Numbered from the stretch's first letter, positions 28,869 to 36,978 are shown. The stretch is 64,000 nucleotides of DNA from Candidatus Omnitrophota bacterium (GCA_041651115.1 JBAZJY010000001.1:197165-261164); one strand, 5' to 3'. Translations and numbers: made by a program. Notes: a model not told the origin generated them from the letters alone.

Positions 28869-28900
28869 TGACAAGAAAAATTTTTATTATAAGATATGTA
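28869..28900 (+). promoter_or_regulatory. Possible sigma70 promoter for the pilin genes
   Basis: TTGACA followed by an AT-rich spacer and a TATAAG/TAAGAT -10 candidate. An AAAGGAGGAAG Shine-Dalgarno sequence precedes the GTG start at 28942. Confidence 0.35.
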
Positions 28901-28941
28901 GTATAAACGGACTCTGGAATTCTTAAACAAAGGAGGAAGAA

Positions 28942-29355
28942 GTGAAAAAGGGTTTTACGCTTCTGGAATTGATCGTAGTTATTGTTATCCTTGGCATATT
29001 GGCTACCCTGGCCACCACCCAATATACAAAAATGGTGGAAAAGTCACGCGGCGCTGAAGCAAGAATGGCGTTAGGTTCTATCCGTACCAATCAGGCTGCG
29101 ATGAGGCTGCAAAACGGCTCATGTTCTGAGACGGATGCCGATGTCGGTATCGGCAACGATTATCCTGATACCTGTACGGTTACACATTATTTCTCCTATA
29201 ATCTTGAGGGGGCATCCGGCAATCTTTTTACTGCCACAGCAACCAGGTGCACGGTCAATGGTAAGTCTCCGCAGGCAAGCGCAGCAGCATCCATTACTCT
29301 TACAACTAACTTTAATAACGGTTTTGACAGCTGGGGCGTGGCAGCTCCTTATTAA
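28942..29355 (+). CDS. pilA: Type IV pilin (PilA-like)
   Basis: 137 aa. The canonical prepilin motif MKKGFTLLELIVVIVILGILA is present. Cysteines are spread through the C-terminal half. It is the first pilin after pilC. Confidence 0.8.
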   Translation: MKKGFTLLELIVVIVILGILATLATTQYTKMVEKSRGAEARMALGSIRTNQAAMRLQNGSCSETDADVGIGNDYPDTCTVTHYFSYNLEGASGNLFTATATRCTVNGKSPQASAAASITLTTNFNNGFDSWGVAAPY

Positions 29356-29370
29356 TTTACGGCGGTTGAA

Positions 29371-29781
29371 TTGAATACGGAAAGAGCAGGATTCACCCTG
29401 CTTGAATTTACCGTAGTCGTGATAATCATCGGGATATTGGCAACTATCACTATCTCTCTCAGTTCAAAATCAAGAGAGGACAGTATAGATAAAGAGGCGA
29501 TCGCCAATCTCCTCCTGATTCAGGCTGCGGAAAAAACCGTACGGATGATCGAGGGAAATTATACTTCTCCCTCGGATACTTCAAGCGTAAACAGTGCTTT
29601 AAGGCTTTCTTTGCCAACGGCCGCCGGTTATCTTTGGGATTATAAAGTCGCGGCCACAAGCGATCTTTTTACGGCCAAGGCGCAAAGGACCACCTCGCAG
29701 CTTCGGTCCGGTGAATCCCAACGCGTCAAATGCATTGATCAGGATGATAGCGATCCTTTTACGACAGGCTGCGCTTGGTAA
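29371..29781 (+). CDS. Type IV pilin paralogue 1
   Basis: RAGFTLLEFTVVVIIIGILA. The C-terminus LFTAKAQRTTSQLRSGESQRVKCI...FTTGCAW is shared with the next gene. Confidence 0.75.
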   Translation: MNTERAGFTLLEFTVVVIIIGILATITISLSSKSREDSIDKEAIANLLLIQAAEKTVRMIEGNYTSPSDTSSVNSALRLSLPTAAGYLWDYKVAATSDLFTAKAQRTTSQLRSGESQRVKCIDQDDSDPFTTGCAW

Positions 29782-29806
29782 ATAGAAGTAATAACCTAAG
29801 GCCGAA

Positions 29807-30223
29807 TTGAGCACTCAAAAGACAGGCGTTACCCTACTTGAAATAATCGTTGTTTTGGTTATCCTGGGGATTTTAGCCGTCCTTACCCTCCCCCAATTTA
29901 ATAAACCAAAAGAAACCTCTATTGACAGAGAAGCAGTCGCGAACCTGAAGTTGATCCAGGCTGCCGAAAGGATCTATAAGCTGGAAGCGACTTTCTACAT
30001 AAATGCGACAGACTCTTCCCAGATAAACGACCGCTTAAGGCTTGCCGTGCCGACGAGTGCCGGTTCCTATTGGAATTATAAAGTTGAGACTCCGGAAGAC
30101 TACAGTCTTTTTACGGCAAAGGCACAAAGGACTACTACGCAGCTTCCATCCGGCGAATCCCAGCGCGTCAAGTGTATCAGGCAAAACGATGACGAGCCGT
30201 TTACGACAGACTGCAGTTGGTAA
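29807..30223 (+). CDS. Type IV pilin paralogue 2 (tandem duplicate of the previous gene)
   Basis: KTGVTLLEIIVVLVILGILA. The C-terminus LFTAKAQRTTTQLPSGESQRVKCI...FTTDCSW is almost identical to the upstream paralogue. It probably uses a TTG start. Confidence 0.7.
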   Translation: MSTQKTGVTLLEIIVVLVILGILAVLTLPQFNKPKETSIDREAVANLKLIQAAERIYKLEATFYINATDSSQINDRLRLAVPTSAGSYWNYKVETPEDYSLFTAKAQRTTTQLPSGESQRVKCIRQNDDEPFTTDCSW

Positions 30224-30606
30224 TGACCGCTAGAAAGCAAAATTCTATAACGGGGTTTACGTTTTTCGAGATACTTCTGGCGACATTTATCCTTTCCGTG
30301 ATCATGGTCGGCCTGACCAGCGTGTTCATTTCGGCAAAAAAATTGATACGCCACAATAAGGCGCGGGTGGTCGGTGCGGAGGCGGGAAAGCTTTTTTTAG
30401 ACCCCTTCCAGATGATGGTCAGGAATGATACATGGAGCGAGGCCAATAATACCCTTTCTAACGGAACTTCTTACAGCAATACTACCGGCACGCCCAGTCT
30501 GGATAGGGATTATACCGCAACTTACAGTTTTGGTTCTGTCACGGGCGTAAATAACCTTACCCGCGTAACTGCCGTGATCAACTGGACAGAGAGCAATGCG
30601 CCGTAA
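30217..30606 (+). CDS. Prepilin-type minor pilin (PilV/GspI-like)
   Basis: ITGFTFFEILLATFILSVIMVGL. 129 aa. Confidence 0.6.
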   Translation: MVMTARKQNSITGFTFFEILLATFILSVIMVGLTSVFISAKKLIRHNKARVVGAEAGKLFLDPFQMMVRNDTWSEANNTLSNGTSYSNTTGTPSLDRDYTATYSFGSVTGVNNLTRVTAVINWTESNAP

Positions 30607-31186
30607 CGTCTATCTTAAAGCTGTAACCCTCCTTGAATTGATAATGGCAATAGTCTTATTGTCAATGATCTCCCTGGGTTTCTTGAGCATTGACCTGTTT
30701 AGCAGAAATAGCGTGCTTTCTGCGGACCGGCAGGCAAAGGTGCAGAACTCCGTTGCCTTTGCCCTGGCGCATATGACCAAAAATATCGGCAATGCGATAG
30801 GCGATAAAAACCATCCGCCGGTCAGTTTTCCCACCAATGTCGTAGTCGGCGGCGTGGATACGTATCCCGGGATCATTATCACGGTTGATGGCAATAATAA
30901 CGGATTACTTGAATTTCCTACGGATGGAGAAGTTAGCTATTTTTATAATGAGACTGATCACAGTCTGAATTATTGCAGCGATTGCTCCTCTGCTTCTAAT
31001 GTAGAAAAGCTTTCCAATAAAGTCGTCTCGGATCTAAGCAGCACTTACGTGACCTATAATAATACTACTAATTACATTGAAATCAATCTATGGGGACGGT
31101 GGGATCCGGATAATCCCGCCACTCCTCAGAACCCCGAAGTAAAGCTATATTCCTATGTCAAGATGCCGCTTGTCAGCACGAATTAA
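30596..31186 (+). CDS. Prepilin-type minor pilin (PilW/GspJ-like)
   Basis: LKAVTLLELIMAIVLLSMISLGF. Ala rather than Gly is at -1. 196 aa. Confidence 0.55.
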   Translation: MRRNVYLKAVTLLELIMAIVLLSMISLGFLSIDLFSRNSVLSADRQAKVQNSVAFALAHMTKNIGNAIGDKNHPPVSFPTNVVVGGVDTYPGIIITVDGNNNGLLEFPTDGEVSYFYNETDHSLNYCSDCSSASNVEKLSNKVVSDLSSTYVTYNNTTNYIEINLWGRWDPDNPATPQNPEVKLYSYVKMPLVSTN

Positions 31187-31210
31187 TCTTTATTGCCTGC
31201 CAGGTTTGAT

Positions 31211-31238
31211 TTGCCTGTTTTGAAAATCATGGTATAAT
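31211..31238 (+). promoter_or_regulatory. Sigma70 promoter with extended -10 upstream of tRNA-Ala
   Basis: TTGCCT-16 nt-TATAAT, with a TG at -15/-14 (atgGTATAAT). Confidence 0.5.
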
Positions 31239-31262
31239 TATTAGCCGATTAAGCATTAATAC

Positions 31263-31338
31263 GGGGCAGTAGCTCAGCTGGGAGAGCGTCGCGTTCGCAT
31301 CGCGAAGGCCGTGGGTTCGAATCCCATCTGCTCCACCA
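31263..31338 (+). tRNA. tRNA-Ala (anticodon CGC) with encoded CCA
   Basis: The 76 nt cloverleaf was folded by hand. The acceptor stem is GGGGCAG/CTGCTCC with a G3:U70 pair. The anticodon loop is TTCGCAT. The T-loop is TTCGAAT. Confidence 0.9.
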
Positions 31339-31367
31339 AAAATTTACGACAAGTAAATTTTTGGTGG
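31333..31367 (+). terminator. Perfect 15-bp hairpin overlapping the tRNA 3' end (terminator or processing structure)
   Basis: CCACCAAAAATTTAC-GACAA-GTAAATTTTTGGTGG. Confidence 0.45.
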
Positions 31368-31422
31368 CACTTGAGCGAACGATAGCGAGGCGACAAGCCG
31401 AGCAGTGAGCGAAAGTGCCACC
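31363..31422 (+). repeat. Second inverted repeat (10 bp arms, 40 nt loop containing GAGCGA direct repeats)
   Basis: GGTGGCACTT...AAGTGCCACC. It overlaps the putative start of the radical SAM gene. Confidence 0.4.
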
Positions 31423-32532
31423 ACGCTAGTGACAAGAATAATGAAACCTACCCTTACGGTTACCGCCTTATTGCTTGCTGCGATTTGTCTATCTACTCAA
31501 GATTCATTTTCCCAAGAAAAATTAAAAGAGGCGCTTTATTACACTAAGTTTGACGATTCTGCGGTGCAGTGCCGGCTTTGCCCGCGTCAATGCGCGATCC
31601 CGGAAGGTAAAAGGGGTTTTTGCGGAGTAAGGGAAAACCGGGGCGGCATGCTATACACTCTTTCGTATGCCAAGCCGGTTTCAATGAATGACCGTGACCC
31701 GATAGAAAAGAAGCCGCTCTTTCATTTCTTGCCCGGGACAAGGACGTTCTCCATCGCCACTGCCGGATGTAATTTGAAATGTAAGTTTTGCCAGAATTGG
31801 GAGATTTCCCAGAAGCGGCCGGAGGAAGTGGAGTATGCCTGTCTTGAGCCGGGTGAATTGGCGGCAAGGGCAAAGGAATCCGGATGCCCGACAGTAGCTT
31901 ATACTTATACCGAGCCGACAATATTTTATGAATATATGCTTGAAACTGCCAAGCTCGCCAAGTCAGATGGTCTAAAGAACATTATGCACTCAAACGGCTA
32001 CATCAGCGACGAGCCTTTGCGGCAGCTGGCAAAATACCTTGATGCCGCCAATATTGACCTTAAAGGTTTTACCGACGAATTTTATTCGCGGTTTACCGAG
32101 GGCACGCTGCAGCCGGTCCTGGATACCTTAAAGGCTTTAAGGCAGGAAGGCGTGCATATTGAGATTACCAGCCTGATTATTGCCGGGTTTAATGACGATC
32201 CCGATAATATCACCAAGATGTGTGTTTGGATAAAGGATAACCTTGGGCCGGACACGCCGCTACATTTTTCCCGCGCTTTTCCGATGTACAAGCTTACCAG
32301 TATTAATCCTACGCCCGTAGAGACGCTGGAAAAGGCAAGGCAGATTGCCATGGATTGCGGCTTAAAGTACGTCTATATCGGTAATGTTGCCGGGCATCCC
32401 GGAGAGAATACGTATTGCCCGAAATGCAAAAAGATGATCATTGAGCGCCGCGGCTATTTTGTTTTGGCAGATGACGCCGCAGGAGGAAAATGCCGGTTTT
32501 GCGGGGAAGAAATTGCCGGAGTCTGGAATTAA
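31405..32532 (+). CDS. AmmeMemoRadiSam system radical SAM enzyme with N-terminal hydrophobic leader
   Basis: The CNLKCKFCQNW CX3CX2C radical SAM motif is present. An additional N-terminal Cys cluster (CRLCPRQC...C) is typical of the PflA-like AmmeMemoRadiSam enzyme. The putative GTG start is at 31405. The TLTVTALLLAAICLS hydrophobic segment comes before the catalytic domain. Confidence 0.75.
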   Translation: MSESATTLVTRIMKPTLTVTALLLAAICLSTQDSFSQEKLKEALYYTKFDDSAVQCRLCPRQCAIPEGKRGFCGVRENRGGMLYTLSYAKPVSMNDRDPIEKKPLFHFLPGTRTFSIATAGCNLKCKFCQNWEISQKRPEEVEYACLEPGELAARAKESGCPTVAYTYTEPTIFYEYMLETAKLAKSDGLKNIMHSNGYISDEPLRQLAKYLDAANIDLKGFTDEFYSRFTEGTLQPVLDTLKALRQEGVHIEITSLIIAGFNDDPDNITKMCVWIKDNLGPDTPLHFSRAFPMYKLTSINPTPVETLEKARQIAMDCGLKYVYIGNVAGHPGENTYCPKCKKMIIERRGYFVLADDAAGGKCRFCGEEIAGVWN

Positions 32533-32538
32533 ATTAAA

Positions 32539-34008
32539 ATGAAAAATAAATTTTGGTTATTGGCCATTATTTGTAATTTGGTGCTTGGGATTTGGAATTT
32601 TAATTTATATGCCGGCGAAATTAAGGAACCGAACGTTACCGGCGCTTTTTATCCTGCCGATAAAGAGAGATTATCAGCGACAGTAGATAGCTTGCTTGAT
32701 TCGGTAAATCCTGAAGCTGTAAAAGGAGAGATATTTGCGTTGATCTGCCCGCATGCCGGCTATACGTATTCCGGCCGGACTGCTGCTTACGCATACAAGC
32801 TGGTTAAAAATAAGCCTTATAAGACCGTTATCGTGATCGGTACCAGTCACCGATACGGTTTTCCCGGAATTTCGATTTACCCTTCAGGCAGTTTTCGCAC
32901 GCCCTTGGGAGAGATTGAAATAGATAAAGAATTCAGCGCCAAACTCCTTAATAAAAATGAGATTATTTATTTTGAACCGCGGGCTTTTGCAGAAGAGCAT
33001 TCTGTGGAGGTGCAGCTGCCGTTTGTGCAGAGGGCGCTTCCGGGAGCAAAGATCGTAGCTGTAGTAATGGGCGATTGTTCGCTGGAGACCTGCGATAAGT
33101 TTGTCGCCGTTCTTAACGAAGCGATTGCCGGGCGTAATGACGTTTTGCTGGTAGCTTCCAGCGATATGTACCACGGCGAAGACTATGAAGAATGTGAATT
33201 GGTGGATGCTGCCACGGTATCATACTTAAAGAACATGGACGCGCAAGGGCTGTATTACGGCCTGCGCGAAGGTAAGCTTCAGATGTGCGGGGGTTGGCCG
33301 GCGGTTACCGTTATTATGCTGGCAAAAGAATTGGGGCATGATAAATTGGTTGTTTTGGATCGCACGAATTCCGCTGTTGTAACCGGAAGAAAAATGAAAG
33401 GTGAATGGACAGTAGGCTATGTAAGCTGCGCGATTGACCAGGAAAAAGGAGAAACCGCGATGTTAAATGACGAACAGAGAAAAAAACTTTTAAAATTAGC
33501 GAGAAATTCCATTGAGACATACCTGAAAACCGGGGAAGAATTGGCAGTTACGGAAAGCGATCCTGTGTTGACGAAAGTAATGGGAGCATTCGTAACCCTA
33601 AGCGAGAACGGCGAATTGCGCGGCTGCATCGGCAATATCGTCGGGCAGCAGCCTTTATACCTGACGGTAAAGAATATGGCAGTGGCAGCTGCGGTTAGTG
33701 ATCCGCGTTTCCGTCCGGTAAGAATTACAGACTTGAAGAAGATCGGGATAGAAATATCCGTGCTTTCGCCGCTGGTAAGGGTTGGTTCAGCCGAAGAAAT
33801 AATATTAGGTAAGCACGGTGTAGTGGTAAAACGCGGGTCTAATTCCGGCGTATTCCTGCCGCAGGTTGCCACAGAGACCGGCTGGACAAAAGAAGAATTT
33901 CTTTCTTCCCTTTGCAGCCATAAAGCAGGCCTGCCTGCTGATGCCTGGAAAGACCCGGCTACGGAACTTTATACTTTCAGCGCGGAAGTATTTTCGGAAA
34001 AAGAATAA
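32539..34008 (+). CDS. MEMO1-family (AmmeMemoRadiSam protein B) fused to an AMMECR1 domain (protein A), with N-terminal leader
   Basis: 489 aa. The N-terminal leader is MKNKFWLLAIICNLVLGIWNF. The Memo domain is marked by AFYPAD and HAGYTYSG. The C-terminal AMMECR1 domain carries LRGCIGN. Confidence 0.8.
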   Translation: MKNKFWLLAIICNLVLGIWNFNLYAGEIKEPNVTGAFYPADKERLSATVDSLLDSVNPEAVKGEIFALICPHAGYTYSGRTAAYAYKLVKNKPYKTVIVIGTSHRYGFPGISIYPSGSFRTPLGEIEIDKEFSAKLLNKNEIIYFEPRAFAEEHSVEVQLPFVQRALPGAKIVAVVMGDCSLETCDKFVAVLNEAIAGRNDVLLVASSDMYHGEDYEECELVDAATVSYLKNMDAQGLYYGLREGKLQMCGGWPAVTVIMLAKELGHDKLVVLDRTNSAVVTGRKMKGEWTVGYVSCAIDQEKGETAMLNDEQRKKLLKLARNSIETYLKTGEELAVTESDPVLTKVMGAFVTLSENGELRGCIGNIVGQQPLYLTVKNMAVAAAVSDPRFRPVRITDLKKIGIEISVLSPLVRVGSAEEIILGKHGVVVKRGSNSGVFLPQVATETGWTKEEFLSSLCSHKAGLPADAWKDPATELYTFSAEVFSEKE

Positions 34009-34024
34009 CCAATCCTATCTTACA

Positions 34025-34684
34025 GTGAACACATTAACAATAATTAGCAGTTTATTTATTTTGGGAATTTCTTTCGGCAGCGGGCCGTGCCTGGCCAGCT
34101 GCGGGCCCTTGTTTTTATCTTACACTGCCGGGTCGGGGAAAAATATCCCTAAAAGCCTCGCTGCATACCTGATATTTTCTTCGGCAAGGATCGCGGTATA
34201 TGTAGTGCTGGGCGCGCTGGTTTATTTATCGGGAAAGTTTTTTACCGAGCAGGTATTTGCGGGAATAACAAGATACGTATTTTGGGCAGGCGGGACCTTT
34301 ATTATTTCCATGGGTATCCTTATTGCCATGGGCAGAAATTTAGATACGGTTGCCTGCAAATTCCTTTATAAAAATCTGCTGCAAAAAGACAGGAAGAGCA
34401 TATTTATTTTCGGGCTGATCGTCGGCCTGGCTCCATGCCCGCCGCTGATAGCTTTATTTTCGTATGTTGCGCTGATATCCAAGTCGCTGACTTTATCTGC
34501 GGTTTACGCTTTATCGTTTGGCCTGGGCACGCTTTTATCGCCGCTTGCACTTTTGGCGATCTTTGCCGGAGCCATACCCGGCGTAATGGCGAAATTCAAG
34601 CCGGCATTCAGCCGCGCATTGAATCTTGTCTGCGCCGCGATCCTGATCATCCTCGGCGCGCAGTTGATCATTAAAGCGTTATAG
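34025..34684 (+). CDS. Polytopic membrane protein with paired-Cys motif (CcdA/DsbD-like or related transporter, uncertain)
   Basis: It has about 6 transmembrane helices. GSGPCLASCGP lies in the first helix and GLAPCPP in a later one. The start is set at an in-frame GTG just after the upstream stop and is not verified. Confidence 0.45.
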   Translation: MNTLTIISSLFILGISFGSGPCLASCGPLFLSYTAGSGKNIPKSLAAYLIFSSARIAVYVVLGALVYLSGKFFTEQVFAGITRYVFWAGGTFIISMGILIAMGRNLDTVACKFLYKNLLQKDRKSIFIFGLIVGLAPCPPLIALFSYVALISKSLTLSAVYALSFGLGTLLSPLALLAIFAGAIPGVMAKFKPAFSRALNLVCAAILIILGAQLIIKAL

Positions 34685-34705
34685 TTTTGCGTCTGTCTTG
34701 TATTG

Positions 34706-34893
34706 CCTTATGCTTCAGGGCTTTGCTTCGCGCGCTGCAAACATCTTGCCGTCGGCTACGGTTTACGGCTCGCTCTCAGGCATACTTTCGTAACATTAGG
34801 GCTTCCGCTCGCCGTAAAGCCTTGCCGACTGAACTCTAAAACGAATTGGCAAGAGTTTGCAAATGCGCGCTCACAAAGCCCTTCGCATAAGCA
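34706..34893 (+). repeat. Dispersed ~188 bp nested-palindrome element, copy A (MITE-like or structured RNA)
   Basis: It is about 90% identical to 47685-47870 in the same orientation. The outer ~43 bp terminal inverted repeats are TTATGCTTCAGGGCTTTGCTTCGCGCGCTGCAAAC... and ...GTTTGCAAATGCGCGCTCACAAAGCCCTTCGCATAAGCA. The inner inverted repeats are GTCGGCTACGGTTTACGGCTCGC and GCTCGCCGTAAAGCCTTGCCGAC. Confidence 0.8.
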
Positions 34894-34939
34894 AGTCAAA
34901 TCAACCGCAAAATCATATAACTATAAAAGGAGTTATTTG

Positions 34940-35677
34940 ATGCTTAGGTTATTTTGTTCTACCCGGGATATTGCAGGCGGTAAGATTACTATATCTGATA
35001 TCGCGACAGTGCATCATGTCAGGGATGTGCTGCGCGTTAAAGCAGGGGAAGAGGCAGCGGTTTGCGATGAGGCTGGGAATGAATATTCTTGTGTTGTAGA
35101 AGCGCTTAATTTGAATGATCTATTACTGGCGATCAAGAGTAAGAATCCTGCCCTGCCGGCAAGGATAACGATCACGGCTGCCTGCGCCATACCGAAGAAA
35201 TCCAAGTTTGAAGATATTGTGGATAAATTAACGCAGGTTGGCGTAGACAGGATTATCCCGATGTTAACCGAGCGGGTGATCATAAAATTAGATAAGAGTA
35301 AAGAAGCGTTGCGGCTTGGCCGTTGGCAGAAGATCGCTTTAAGCGCTGCAGAGCAGAGCCAGAGGCGTAGCCTTCCGCAGATATGCCCTGTGCAGAGTTT
35401 TCAGCAGGTTTTGCAGGAATCAAAAGAGGCAAGCTATGGCCTTAAACTGATACCTTATCTGACAGGAGAGCGAAAAACATTAAAGGAAGTTTTAGCCAGC
35501 GTTAAGCCAAAAAGCGTGTTGTTTCTTATTGGCCCCGAAGGAGACTTTAGCCCTCAAGAGGCATCTTTGGCAATTAATGCCGGATTTATTCCTGTTAGCC
35601 TGGGTGATTTAGTTCTGCGCGTGGAAACCGCGGCAGTCAGCGTGGCGAGCTTTATTAGATTAAATGAAGACTATTAA
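34940..35677 (+). CDS. rsmE: 16S rRNA (uracil1498-N3)-methyltransferase RsmE
   Basis: The ATG at 34940 follows an AAAGGAG Shine-Dalgarno sequence. IGPEGDFSPQE matches the RsmE GPEGGFS motif. 245 aa. Confidence 0.75.
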   Translation: MLRLFCSTRDIAGGKITISDIATVHHVRDVLRVKAGEEAAVCDEAGNEYSCVVEALNLNDLLLAIKSKNPALPARITITAACAIPKKSKFEDIVDKLTQVGVDRIIPMLTERVIIKLDKSKEALRLGRWQKIALSAAEQSQRRSLPQICPVQSFQQVLQESKEASYGLKLIPYLTGERKTLKEVLASVKPKSVLFLIGPEGDFSPQEASLAINAGFIPVSLGDLVLRVETAAVSVASFIRLNEDY

Positions 35678-36956
35678 ACTTTATACTTTAGGCTGCAAGG
35701 TAAACCAGTATGACACGCAGGCGATCAGGGAGCGCATTATTACTTCAGGATACCGGGAGATTGCAGCGAATGTCAAAACCAGGGCTGATGTTTGCCTGAT
35801 CAATACCTGCACAGTTACGCATCACGCAGACGCAGATTCCCTCAATTTAGTGCGCAGGGCAGACAAGGAGAACCCCGGGGCAAAGATCGTAGTTACCGGC
35901 TGCCTTGCGGAATTGGACCGTAATAAGATCAAGGCTGCCTGCGCCAAAAGCCTGATTGTCTCTAACAGGGATAAAGCTGCTATTGCCGGCATATTAGGCC
36001 GTGTTAAAACCGGCAGCAATGATTTTGCCATAAGCGGATTTTCCGGGCATACCCGCGCCTTTTTAAAAATACAAGACGGCTGTGACAATTTTTGTTCTTA
36101 TTGTAAAGTGCCGCTGGTGCGCGGCCGTTCAAAAAGTAAGCCGATAAAGCAAATAATCGGCGAAGCGCGCCGGCTGATACATAAAGGTTTTAAAGAAATA
36201 GTACTTACAGGAATATGCCTTGGCGCCTATGGTAAAGATTTAAGCCCCAGGCTTAGTTTAGCCGATGTTCTGACAGAGTTGGAAGAGCTAACCGGCAATT
36301 TCCGGATAAGGCTTAGTTCTATTGAAGCAGGCGATATCTCCGCGAAGCTCCTGGATATAATTGCCGGTTCTAATGTTGTCTGCCCGCATTTACATATTCC
36401 TTTACAAAGCGGAGACAACAAGGTCTTAAAATCAATGAACCGTAAATACAGCGCAAATCGTTATCTTAAACTCATCAAAAAGATAAAAGAACAGATACCC
36501 GGTGCATCCTTGACTACTGATGTTTTGATCGGCTTCCCGGGTGAAGATAGCCGCAGTTTTGGAAATACCATGCGTTTAGTGAAGGAGATCATGCCGCTTA
36601 GAGTCCACAGTTTTCCCTATTCTCCTCGTGAGGGCACAGTTGCTTGCAGGCTGGCTAATGCTGCGGCTGCTGCGGTGGTAAAAGAAAGGATGCGGCAGAT
36701 GGCCGGCATTGCCGAGAAAGCCTCGTTAGCTTATCGTAGCAGGTTTATCGGTAAGCAGGCGGTTGTCCTTTTTGAGGCAAGATGTAAAGATGACCCGCGC
36801 TGCTGGGAAGGATATACTGAACATTATATTAAGGTAAGGCTTAAGTCCGGAAATGACCTTAAAAACCGTTTTGCCTGCGTTACGCTCAAGGAATCATCTG
36901 CGGACTTTGTCTATGCCGGTAAAACAAAACCTTGCACGAAGGTATTGACAAAATAA
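35664..36956 (+). CDS. MiaB-like tRNA methylthiotransferase (radical SAM; MtaB/RimO family)
   Basis: 430 aa. An N-terminal MTTase domain with three Cys (C..C..C region) and the radical SAM motif CDNFCSYC are present. Confidence 0.75.
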   Translation: MKTIKLYTLGCKVNQYDTQAIRERIITSGYREIAANVKTRADVCLINTCTVTHHADADSLNLVRRADKENPGAKIVVTGCLAELDRNKIKAACAKSLIVSNRDKAAIAGILGRVKTGSNDFAISGFSGHTRAFLKIQDGCDNFCSYCKVPLVRGRSKSKPIKQIIGEARRLIHKGFKEIVLTGICLGAYGKDLSPRLSLADVLTELEELTGNFRIRLSSIEAGDISAKLLDIIAGSNVVCPHLHIPLQSGDNKVLKSMNRKYSANRYLKLIKKIKEQIPGASLTTDVLIGFPGEDSRSFGNTMRLVKEIMPLRVHSFPYSPREGTVACRLANAAAAAVVKERMRQMAGIAEKASLAYRSRFIGKQAVVLFEARCKDDPRCWEGYTEHYIKVRLKSGNDLKNRFACVTLKESSADFVYAGKTKPCTKVLTK

Positions 36957-36978
36957 GATTTTATGTTAAAGTATCTTT

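Noticed and set aside
28859-28941. Sigma54 (-24/-12) promoter ahead of the major pilin
   Set aside because: I looked for TGGCAC-N5-TTGC and found no adequate match. Only a sigma70-like TTGACA and an AT-rich -10 candidate are present.
31263-34008. Integrated mobile element or genomic island at tRNA-Ala
   Set aside because: No integrase, no recognisable direct repeat of the tRNA 3' end, and no phage or plasmid genes are visible downstream. Only hairpins and the AmmeMemoRadiSam genes are present. This is kept as a low-interest finding rather than called as a mobile element.
33866-34024. Upstream part of the 272-aa membrane-protein ORF
   Set aside because: It overlaps the last 140 nt of the Memo-AMMECR1 gene in another frame. 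An in-frame GTG at 34025 just after that gene's stop gives a more plausible start.
34703-34939. N-terminal extension of the rsmE ORF (324-aa version in the ORF track)
   Set aside because: The extension runs through the palindromic repeat element and is not conserved. The ATG at 34940 with a Shine-Dalgarno sequence gives a standard 245-aa RsmE.
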